Source: Podarcis bocagei
Lineage: Eukaryota
DNA: 64,000 bases
Strand: one strand, 5' to 3'
Assembly (NCBI GenBank): GCA_964188305.1
Contig: OZ076903.1
Below the pieces are notes generated by a model. The model did no database searches. It saw nothing but the letters and a program-made list of their open reading frames with translations, and was not told where the DNA came from. Each line of letters begins with the position of its first letter. Within the stretch, counting starts at the first letter, position 1. The position numbers and the translations under genes were made by a program. Shown piece by piece: positions 25,556 to 35,524 of the stretch.

Positions 25556-27257
25556 TACTAGTAGCATCTAGTAAGTTAGCATAATATAAATCATGCTTGG
25601 GGATAAGGAAACTTTATTTCCCTCTGTCTTTGTACCTATTGCTGAGATCTTGTGAGTTTAGCAGAAGCCAATGGCAAGCAGTGTTAGAGCAGAACAAGCA
25701 ACTCTGTGGACAAAGCATCATAATAAACAAAGACATTGATTCCAGGGACAGTGGGACTCAGCATTGCTGGTGGGATTTACAGGCTCTCGCAAGTACACTC
25801 TAGATCTTTTGAGTATTTTCCTTATGATATGTCGTTTGAGGAGAATATAAACTATCCTCACTTCTTATTAAATGCAGTTCATACAACACTCCAACTGCAA
25901 TGAATTTTCTGTAATGTATGCATTGCTTTGCATTTTTCTTAGCAATTGGAAGTGACTCTTGTAGAAAATGAATTTCAGCGAGCTGGCAGACATCAAAAAC
26001 TGCAAGTGATTTACAGAATAAGAATGGTTAACCAATGTAGTTACTTTCTCTTAACAAGAGTGAGTTTGCAAGAGAAATTTACTTTGAGGAGTTAATTAAT
26101 TTAGCAATGAAAAAGAACACAAAACACAAAAAATAAACTGATCTATATATATTTGTACACATGCTGGGCCATTAGAATAAAAAATAAAAGCACTGACAGG
26201 ATACAATATTCATAAGAACCAACCAAAAAGTTAAAATAGGCAAAACCATTTGTAGGACTCATATTCAAGCTAGGTGTTTGGGGCTATGGTTGAAAAGCCT
26301 CAATTACAGTAGGCCATGGTATAATTTTGGAAATGCAAAAGATATAATTTCAGAATTAAAAGACAAACTTTTATTTAATGCCTCATGCAACTGTATGTAT
26401 TGGATGGGATTATGGGATGCGTGTGGGAGGGGGAACCAGAAAAACAATGCTTGGGCATGCTACCAATCAATCTTAATCCTAACCATGTTGACTTGAAAGT
26501 AGTATTTACTGATTTACTTTTGAAGAGGAGGGCTGCAATCCTATACAATCACCAGAGAACAAATCCCTCTAAACTCAACTGACACAAGTGGGACTGAATT
26601 GTTAGGACTGTCTTCTGTGTTTCTTAACATGGTTGTCAGAATGTAAAGTTAAGTATATAGAAGAAAATTTAAAAGTACAGGCGACTCCCAATTTATGCCG
26701 AGGTTATGTTCCATGGACAATGCCTAAAGCCAAAATAGTATATAGTCAAAACACACTGAAATCAATGGCAAGTGAGAGTACCAAAACTTCCCCCAATGCT
26801 TGCCCCCTTTTTCATGTTTTTTACATTTTTTTGCCAAGCATTTAAACACAAAATATAATTGCATTATCACAAAAAGCTGTACAGAGTATGTCTGCCTATG
26901 ATGAGTAGGAGTGTGTGTGTGTGTAAATAAAACATGAAGGGGTTAATTAAAAAATGGGCACAAAACAAGAGAACAAATTTACCATTAATACATTTAGCTT
27001 GAATAATGAAAGTGTATGTCCTAACTATAAAACAACAATAATAACAGAACAGTGTCTCAGGACAGCCATGTGAGCAAGGAAACTCACTAGTCATACAAAT
27101 TAGGAGGATGTGATTTTTATATGGCATCTTAATCTGGCATCTCATAACTTCCAAAACATTTCCATATCTCAATTCAATAATCTTCAGAAAAGCCCTGTAC
27201 AAAAACTTAGCATTATTATTTTCTTCATATTGCCAATGCCAGACTGAGGTTATAATT

Positions 27258-27258
<1 letters not shown>

Positions 27259-27313
<55 letters not shown>
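27259..27313. repeat. (AAT)n microsatellite
   Basis: About 18 units. Confidence 0.95.
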
Positions 27314-27314
<1 letters not shown>

Positions 27315-27473
27315 TGCACTACTATTGCCAGGCTTTTTTTTCTGTGGCACGCAACATGGCCAGGTTATCAAATGGGTATTTTGGTAACTAGACTCCTTGC
27401 TCCCTTTCCTACAAACAAAATCCAGATTATAATGCATTATACAGTCCACTGCAAAGTGCTTAGCATACTACAG

Positions 27474-27474
<1 letters not shown>

Positions 27475-27528
<54 letters not shown>
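27475..27528. repeat. (CTAT)n microsatellite
   Basis: About 13 units. Confidence 0.95.
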
Positions 27529-27529
<1 letters not shown>

Positions 27530-28193
27530 GTATGGATAACAGCTACACAGGGAGAGTCCCACTGCAACCAATCACCTAGTCCTGAGGTCGGTTTCTGACA
27601 GCAGCCCCCAAGATGCCTCCTTCCTGCAAAACTTACAAACAAGCCACGGAGCTACAACCAGTCTTCCCTTGCGCATCCCCAGCATCGTATCTGCTCCAGG
27701 GGCTACACTGCCTCTGCACATGAAGGTTTCTGCTGGCCACCCTGTTCAGACCTCCCCGGTCCAGACACAAAGTGCACGGTCTGCAGCACTTTGGGGGCAG
27801 CCTCGGAAGCCTAGTCCCCTCAACACCCCCCCACCCTGCCTGGCAAAGAAAGCCGCAACCGGGAGCACTGGACATTTGGGGCAACCTGGGGGTGGGAGGG
27901 CTCCAGGGCCCCACCATCCCAAAACCCAATATTGGGAGCTGGGGAAAGCCGCAACAGGGAGGAATGGACATTTGGGGCAGTCCAGGGAAGGGAGGCCAGC
28001 CCACCACCACAAAACCTATTATTATTATTATTATTGAATTTATATACCGCCTTATACCCGGAGGTCTCAGGGGGGTTCACAGAACAAAACCCAAATATAA
28101 AAACACAAAATAGATCATTGAAATAAAAGCAACAACCAAATAACCCATCTCTGGCAGTTGGTTGTCTCATAGCTGAACTCTTGTAGAAATATA

Positions 28194-28362
28194 CCGTATT
28201 TTTTGCTCTATAACACGCACCCGACCATAACACTCACGTAGTTTTTAGAGGAGGAAAATCCGTAGGCATGCCACCCGTAGGCATTCCCTCCATAACACGC
28301 ACAGACATTTCCCCTTACTTTCTAGGAGGAAAAAAGTGAGTGTTATGGTGCAAAAAATACGG
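28194..28362. mobile_element. Tc2-like MITE, short (169 bp) form
   Basis: TA-CCGTATTTTTTGC...GCAAAAAATACGG-TA; same ends as the element at 41889-43351. Confidence 0.85.
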
Positions 28363-28424
28363 TAATGTGTGAATCTGTGAAAGAAGAAGGTACTCGCTTC
28401 TCACCCCAACCAGATGATAATTCC

Positions 28425-29727
28425 AGTGCTTTTTTCCTAAAAAAAAATGTTTAGGGGTACAGTACAGTGGTACCTTGGGTTAAGTACTTCATTCATTCTG
28501 GAGGTCCGTTCTTAACCTGAAACTGTTCTTAACCTGAAGCACTACTTTAGCTAATGGGGCCTCTTGCTGCCGCTGCGCCGCCGGAGCACGATTTCTGTTC
28601 TCATCCTGAAGCAAAGTTTTTAACCTGAAGCACTATTTCTGGGTTAGCGGAGTCTGTAACCTGAAGCGTCTGTAACCTGAAGCGCCTGTAACCCGAGGTA
28701 CCACTGTATTGAGCTTCTTAATGCATGCCAGCCTTTCTTCTGGATTGTGTTAGCGAACACCTTCTACCCAAATACAGTGGTACCTCGGATTAAGTACTTA
28801 ATTCGTTCCGGAGGTCTGTTCTTAACCTGAAACTGTTTTTAACCTGAAGCACCACTTTAGCTAATGGGGCCTCCTGCTGCCACTGGAGCACGATTTCTGT
28901 TCTCATTCTGATGCAAAGTTCTTAAGCCGAGGTACTATTTCTGGGTTAGCAGTTAGAGTCTGTAACCTGAAGCGTCTGTAACCTGAGGTACCACTGTCCT
29001 CTCCTTTTCCTACTCATACTGAAATACTGCTCCTCAATGGGGCCAAACTTAGATTCACAAAACGTTGAGGGGTCTGCATCCCCCTGCCAGAAAAACAGCA
29101 CTGGATAATTCCCAAAATACAACACCATGTATTGCAGCAGCAAATACAGTGGTACCTCTGGTTACGTACTTAATTCATTCCAGAGGTCCGTTCTTAACCT
29201 GAAACTGTTCTTAACCTGAAGCACCACTTTAGCTGCTGCTGCCTTGCTGCCAGAGCACAATTTCTGTTCTCATCCTGAATCAAAGTTCTTAACCTGAAGC
29301 ACTATTTCAGGGTTAGCAGAGTCTGTAACCTGAAGCGTATGTAACCTGAAGCGTATGTAACCCAAGGTACCACTGTACTTTCCTTTTCCTACTCATATTG
29401 AAATACAGTGGTTACAGACACTTCAGGTTACAGACTCTGCTAACCCAGAAATAGTACCTCGGGTTCAGAACTTTGCTTCAGGATGAGAACAGAAATCGTG
29501 CTCTGGCAGCAGGAGGCCCCAGTAGCTAAAGTGGTGCTTCAGGTTAAGAACAGTTTCAGGTTAAGAACGGACCTCCGGAACGAAGTAAGTCCTTAACCCG
29601 AGGTGCCACTGTACTGCCCCTCCATGGGGCCAAACTGAGAGGCCCAAAACGTTGAGGGGTCTGCGTCCCCCCAGAATAAAAGCCCTGGCTGCTTCCCCCA
29701 ATACCCCCCCCCCTGTATTGCAGCAGC
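28425..29727. mobile_element. Nested MITE cluster: four Tigger-like copies (28465-28706, 28775-28996, 29147-29375, inverted 29406-29611) interleaved with pieces of a hAT MITE
   Basis: Each copy has CAGTGG...CCACTG ends at TA sites; hAT MITE left end at 28425, right halves at 28998-29103 and 29378-29687. Confidence 0.85.
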
Positions 29728-30450
29728 CCCTCCTGGGAGCCGGGGGTGGGAAGGGGGCGCCCCCCCCGCCTGACGCCCCCCAGCAGCTCCGAGGGGGCGG
29801 GGTCGCGGGAGGGCCCCCCCCACATACACCCGTTTTGAGGCGGCCCCGACGGGCCCCTGGCAAGCGGCCGGGCGAACTGTCACCTGGCCGTGAGGCGGGG
29901 AAGGCGCGGGCCGGGCCGGGCCGGGTGCGTGAGGGGAGCGGGGCCGGCCTGGCGGGCCTCCCCCTCGCGACGCCGCCGCCCGCGACCTGAGGGACTCACC
30001 GCCGGAGCGCCGGGCTTTGGGCTGAGCGGCCGCGGCCCCACCGCGGGGACCATCCTGCTCGCCGTCCGCCTCTGCCTTCCCTCCCCTCACGCCGACTCCT
30101 CGGCCCCGTCTCCTCAGGTGCCGCCCCTCCGCTTCCACCACAGCCAATGGAGAGCCGGCCCGGCCGCCCCACAACCAATCGGCGACCGCGAGAGGTGGGA
30201 AGGGCAGGTCGAGCCCGGGAGGAAAGGCTGAGGCCCAGCCCACTTCAAGCCTTATATGGCGCGGACGGAGGCCCGCACGGCCTTTGGGAAGAACGCGAAA
30301 GGTAGATTGACGTGAGGCGCGGGGGCGGGGAGAGAGGGAAGAGGAACTGCGCGAGAGGCCAATGAGCGGCTGGGAGGGCGGGGCGGAGGAGCGTTGCTCC
30401 AGAAGCCGAAGTGTGCCTGATAGAAGCGCAGCAGGAAACATATGCGCGGT
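29720..30450 (-). promoter_or_regulatory. USF3: USF3 CpG-island promoter
   Basis: Dense CpG; CCAAT boxes at ~30145, ~30175 and ~30359; GC boxes at ~30322 and ~30376-30386; TGACGTGA at ~30308. Confidence 0.8.
30000..30140 (-). other. USF3: Probable non-coding exon 1 of USF3 (TSS approximate)
   Basis: CG|gtgagt donor at 29999 inside the CpG island, downstream of CCAAT and GC boxes. Confidence 0.65.
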
Positions 30451-30457
30451 AATAGTG

Positions 30458-30880
30458 TGTATGGAAGTGAGAGCTGGACCATCAAGAAGGCTGATGGCTG
30501 AAGAATTGATGCTTTTGAATTCTGGTGCTGGAGGAGACTCTTGAGAGTCCCATGGACTGCAAGAAGATCAAACCTCTCCATTCTGAAGGAAATCAGCCCC
30601 GAGTGCTTACTGGAAGGACAGATCCTGAAGCTGAGGCTCCAAGACTTTGGCCACCTCAGGAGAAGAGAAGACTCCCTGGAAAAGACCCTGATGTTGGGAA
30701 AGATGGAGGGCACAAGGAGAAGGGGACGACAGAGGACGAGATGGTGGGACAGTGTTCTCGAAGCTACGAACATGAGTTTGACCAAACTGCGGGAGGCAGT
30801 GGAGGACAGGAGTGCCTGGCGTGCTCTGGTCCAGGGGGTCACCAAGAGGCGGACACGACTAAACGATTAAACAACAACAA
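30458..30880 (+). mobile_element. BovB (RTE) LINE, 5'-truncated 3' end
   Basis: YGSESWTIKKA...RVPWTARRSNLSILKEISPECLLEGQILKLRLQ...; (CAA)n tail. Confidence 0.95.
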
Positions 30881-30909
30881 AGGATGCTTTCGAAGTGGCA
30901 CATGTGAAC

Positions 30910-31160
30910 CCCTTCGTTGGACTGGTCATGTTGTGCGGATGCCTATCATCTTCCAAAGCAATTCCTCTATTCCGAACTTAAAAATGGAAAGCGGAATGCC
31001 AAAGTGGTCAAGAAGAGATTTAAAGACTCTCTCAAGGCAAATCTAAAAATAAATGTTGTATAAACACTGACAACTGGGAAACACTTGCCTGCAAGTGCCC
31101 CAATTGGAGAACAGCCTTTAGCAAAGGTATCATGGACTTTGAAGATGCTCAAACTTTGAA
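30910..31160 (+). mobile_element. RTE-clade LINE fragment (non-BovB)
   Basis: LRWTGHVVRMP...KRFKDSLKANLK...TDNWETLA motifs with frameshifts. Confidence 0.75.
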
Positions 31161-31745
31161 GATGCCCATCACGTGTAACAAACTACAACTCCCAATATTC
31201 CTTTGGGGGTAATGTTATTTAAATGTTTTAGACTGGAGTCTTTCAAGCTTCTCTTGCCTATCCCCACATAAGTGACAGTTAGAGCATGACAGAGATAAAT
31301 GGTTTAGATATGCCAAATTAAAAGCAGCTGGTCACGAAACCACACCAGAAGAGATGCAACCCTGGAGTTAATCCAAATTATGCCCAGAGCCTGGTGCACA
31401 TACTTCAGAACTCACTGGGAATGATGACTGATTTGCTCTTGCATTTGACATATGTATGTGTGTGAAATCGCCAAAAAAAGTATCACATTTGCCATCAGAA
31501 GATAAATTTGAAGCATGAGGGCACTGGTTAAGGAAATACGCTAAAAACAGAGAGTCAAATTGCTTTGATGTTATTTTAAAACCATAATAGCTCAGGAAGA
31601 AAGATACCATCAAGTGTGAAAGAAGTGAAGGAAGTTTCTATTTAAAAAAATGAAGCTTTTCTCAGGTGAGAATAAAAAAAAGAACATACTCTGTACATGT
31701 AAACTACAACAGGGGAAGCGAAATATTGAGAGCGTATTTAGCTAG

Positions 31746-31884
31746 AAATAGAATTGTAGAGTTGGAAGGGACCCTGAGGGGTATCTAATTCAACCCCCTG
31801 AAATGCAGGAATATGCAGCTGTCCCATACGGGGATCAAACCTGCAACCTTGGTGTTATTGGCACCATGCTCTAAGGAACTGAGT
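31746..31884 (-). mobile_element. SINE: tRNA-Ile-like head fused to a CR1 3' tail
   Basis: Minus strand ctcagt..ttagagcatggtgccaataacaccaaggttgcaggtttgatccccgtatggg followed by attcctgcattt...ggtcccttccaactctacaattcta. Confidence 0.75.
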
Positions 31885-32317
31885 GACCCACTTGGATCAT
31901 ACGGCGTATTTATCCTCAACATGTCTTAAGCTTGTTCACGCCTTGAAAGGTAATTTTTAACAAATGAAGCGCTGTGTACATTTTGCTAAATAAAATGCCA
32001 TCTGTGAAAGAACACAGCTCAGGAACCAATGTGAGGTTTTAAGCCTGGTTTGACTTGTCCTACCTTGAATATCCTGTTGGCAGGGACCTATGATTTTATT
32101 TATTTGTTTGTTCTTTTTCAGACCATGAACATTTCAAAGCGCTGTACAGCAGACACAAAAACAATACAAACAATAAAACAGAATTTAAAACCAATAGAAC
32201 CAATGAGTGACCAAGTGGCTAGGTTAGGTCAATAAAACAGGAATGCTTGGGAAGGCAAGTCTTTAACGTGCATTGAATAGTTGACTGACAATAGTTTCTT
32301 CTTCTTTGGTAATCCCT

Positions 32318-32575
32318 CATAACCGGGTAAGATTGGCTTCCATAAACATGGGTTTAACTGTGGAGGCCAATTCTGGATCCACACGTCCTTCCACAGTGGG
32401 GACATAGGTTTCCAGGTGGGAGTTGATCACGGTGTGGATTTGCCAAGCATGCCTTCCTCTTCCTTCCCCCTTTGTCCTGAGTTGAAGCATCTTCAGAACC
32501 CATGACACCTTTGGTAAAGGCTGTTCTCCAATTGGAGCACTCACAGGCTAGTGTTTCCAGTTGGTGTTTATACTA
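32318..32575 (-). mobile_element. RTE-clade LINE 3' fragment, same family as 30910-31160, opposite orientation
   Basis: 32485-32575 is a diverged reverse complement of 31060-31150. Confidence 0.7.
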
Positions 32576-33070
32576 CAATTTATGTATGGTGTCTGGAGAA
32601 GGTATTCCATAAGGGACAAGGGGAGCTGCCTGTTCCATGTCACTCCAGAGGATCTCGGCAGCAGGCAGCACCACTAGGACCTCATCAGATGACCTTTGTG
32701 ACCTGGCAGGCCTATAAAGAATAATCAAATAACCTGGTCCTAAATTCTTTAGGATTCCATATTGTACGCCAACTAAACCTTATTGAGCGCTCCCTCTCTC
32801 TCTCTCCTGCAAATCTAGTTGTGAGCTACAAGCTTACTTTGCTGGAGTCTGTGGAAATGAGTTTCTGGCCTTCTCCCCAGATAAACTCATCTTGACTCAA
32901 AGCATGCAAGGACAAAGCTAGCTTAGGTGGGAAGTTTGCTTGAGAGGACTATCCAATTTGTCAAGTTGCATCACAGCCTTGTTATATGAAGGATTTGACA
33001 ATTGTGTCAGTGTATGGACAGTTTGTGCCTGCGAATTGGGTAGATAAGCTTCTGGTAGAAGTTCATCCAG

Positions 33071-34877
33071 AGGACTTCCGGGTTGGCGCGGACAGCTAAT
33101 GGCGGATTCCCTCCGAGCTCCGGAGGGAATCGGCTCCGCTGAGGACGGGTCCTGCCGCGACGGCGACGCGGGGACCCTCAAAAACCTCAGGCGCGGATGC
33201 CTGAGGACCTGGTGACTCGGTGGGCACCTTAAGCGCTCTCCCCGATCCACGAAGAGCCTTTTTAAAGGCTACGGAGAGGATACGGAGAGTGGCGTGGTGC
33301 TGAGAGTAAACCGCTACCCCAGGGGAGCGAAGCCGTGTGCCATGGCTGAAAAGCGCTGACTTGTTTCCTTAAATTCGGACTTGAAAAGAAGCAACCCATG
33401 AGTAGAGGATTTGGACTTTAAAATAAATTATCTCTGAATTTGATACGACCGGGGGATGTGTCAAAAGGAAGTCCGCACCCCCCTTCCTGCAGAAGATTTA
33501 AAGCAACGATAGAGAACTAAGCTGGAGAGCCTACCCTTTTGGGGTGAGTTAATAAGACATTAACTTTCACGATTTGACAAAACAAGTTGTGAGCTGGAGT
33601 GCAAGAGTGGAATTTTAGAAGACTTTCTTCTTGTCATGTGTAACCCCCCCCTCCCGGGCCCGGGAGCGTCCTGCCTCTAAGTCTGCTGAAGAGGAAAGGA
33701 GTTTGACAGCTGTCAAAACTGTCAAACGGGCAATTTAAAGTAAAAAATCCTTTTAACCTAAGATCCCTCTGGACTAAAAGTGATACAATTGAACTAAAGT
33801 TGTTGGAAACAAAGAAACTAACGAGGCAGAGGGCTGTTGGAAAAGGATTATTAAGTATCAGATTCCCTCTAGGGGGATTCCTGAGACATTACAATGGCAG
33901 TGGATGGAAAGTTACTAGCGGAGCTAGAAAAAACATTTCAACTGGTTGGAATTCTACAAGAGCAGAGTTTGGCTATGAACAAACAGCTTATGACCTTGAC
34001 TTCTGGAATAAACAGCTCTGCTGAATGTACTGAGGATGTGAATAAGAAAGAACCCACAGCTGAACTGGAAGAGATATTTCAAGAATTGAAGACTAAACAA
34101 GGAGAGGAGGAAACTCAGATGGAAAGTACCAACCAGGAAGCGACACTAGTGGAGCATAAACAAGAAGACCTTTGGATAACATGGATTACAAATCTGCGAA
34201 AGATGAGAAAGATGAAGGAGGAGGCCTCTAGAGCATTTGGAATACAGGAACTTAAAATAAAGAAGAAATATGACTGGGGCCTCCATTTCAAAGATGAAGG
34301 GTGTGTGAATCTTTTGCAGCAATGGTTTTCAAGCTTTCTTGTGGAAAGAAGATTTGGTTTGAATGAGACAGAACTTCCTCGAGTTTTATTGAACAACATA
34401 AAGGACTACCAACAAGACCGGCGGAGAGGGACTGAAAGAGATTGGAAGGCCTCGGACGTGAGGAACCCAGGCTAAGAACTGTTATTATAGACTTATATTT
34501 GGGAAGGGACGCAAACCGGGGATGGAAGGGGGGGGGGAAATAGAATGTTAATAACACTCATGAATTTTCGGTTTAATTAATATTTCTATCTAATATAAAC
34601 TGGGAAATTGATGGGAGGGAACCTGAGTCCAACTTAGGAAAGAGTTTAAATTTTTTATAAGAAGATTATACTAAGATGATGAAGAGGAGATATAATAATT
34701 TGCTGACATAATTATGGAAATTGGGATGCTTGAAGGGGTGTGGGGGGAAGTCAAGGAACAAGTTTATGAAAACAAGATTTTTGAAATTATGCATGTTTTT
34801 GTCTTTGTCTATTAGTGTGTGTTATGTCTTTATAAAATTTGGAAAACTAATAAAAAATTTTTATAAAAAAAAAAAAA
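33071..34877 (+). mobile_element. Full-length non-autonomous L1-type retroelement (HAL1-like), ~1.8 kb
   Basis: TSD AAGTTCATCCAG at 33059-33070 and 34876-34887; GGACTTCCGG 5' start; CpG-rich 5' UTR; one ORF; AATAAA at ~34849 and A-tail. Confidence 0.85.
33894..34475 (+). CDS. 193-aa ORF of the HAL1-like element; coiled-coil-like N-terminal half, possibly a diverged L1 ORF1p
   Basis: Good Kozak context (acaATGG), uninterrupted 582 nt, E/K/Q/L-rich heptad-like pattern; no endonuclease or RT motifs. Confidence 0.6.
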   Translation: MAVDGKLLAELEKTFQLVGILQEQSLAMNKQLMTLTSGINSSAECTEDVNKKEPTAELEEIFQELKTKQGEEETQMESTNQEATLVEHKQEDLWITWITNLRKMRKMKEEASRAFGIQELKIKKKYDWGLHFKDEGCVNLLQQWFSSFLVERRFGLNETELPRVLLNNIKDYQQDRRRGTERDWKASDVRNPG

Positions 34878-35518
34878 GTTCATCCAGCCTCATTTTTTAA
34901 TGCTTGCATCCTGTCTACATCTAGTGATATTTGTTTTCTGAGCCCCTTTTGTGGATTCTTACACAAGCATATATACAAAGAACTGCTTTATTAGTCTCTT
35001 TGCTGTCATCACCCCCGCCAGGAACAGTACTGCAATAGGCTTTTCACCCAGTTTAAAAGTTAGGTGCCCGATTCTCCCTGAGACCATGATAGTGCAATCA
35101 GGTCTCTTCTGCACAGTCTTTCTTATTTATTAGCAGAATCTGCATTTTGGGCTTTCTGTAAATCCTCTGACCCAACTATAGCTGCTTCAGAAGAGTCTCT
35201 GCTTGCTAGCATGTTACTATGTCACATACCTTGCAGGGTTGGAGACCGGCAATTTCTCTTGCTGGGACAGAGGAAGAGGTGAGAAGTGAGACACAATTCA
35301 GGCTGTTGCCTGACAGTCACTGCAGCTTTTCTCAGCCTGCCTTAAGAGAAAAGGGCATGTCTGGGTTGGAGATGTTAGTCTGCAAGCTGGTCCTACTCTT
35401 ACTGCATGAGGGTGGTAAATGGAGAATGCTCCCATCTTTAACAGAGAAAGGCAGGTAAGGGAGAAAGGAAGCCAGAAACACAAGGCCAGCTCATGGGCCA
35501 TGTAACTTGTGGTGCACC

Positions 35519-35524
35519 TTTATT
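35519..35524 (-). terminator. NAA50: Probable NAA50 polyadenylation signal; 3' UTR ~35500-38789
   Basis: AATAAA on the minus strand closing a 3.3-kb transposon-free, U-rich stretch after the stop codon. Confidence 0.6.

Noticed and set aside
26867-27449. Poly-Ile and poly-Tyr ORFs (also poly-Asn/Ile at 20422-20739)
   Set aside because: Translations of (AAT)n microsatellites.
29556-30441. ORFs up to 282 aa at the USF3 5' end
   Set aside because: Expected from stop-codon scarcity in a CpG island; low-complexity G/P/R/A content.
31825-31890. tRNA-Ile-like sequence (also tRNA-Lys-like at 4865-4924)
   Set aside because: Degenerate stems and direct fusion to a CR1 tail indicate SINE heads, not tRNA genes.
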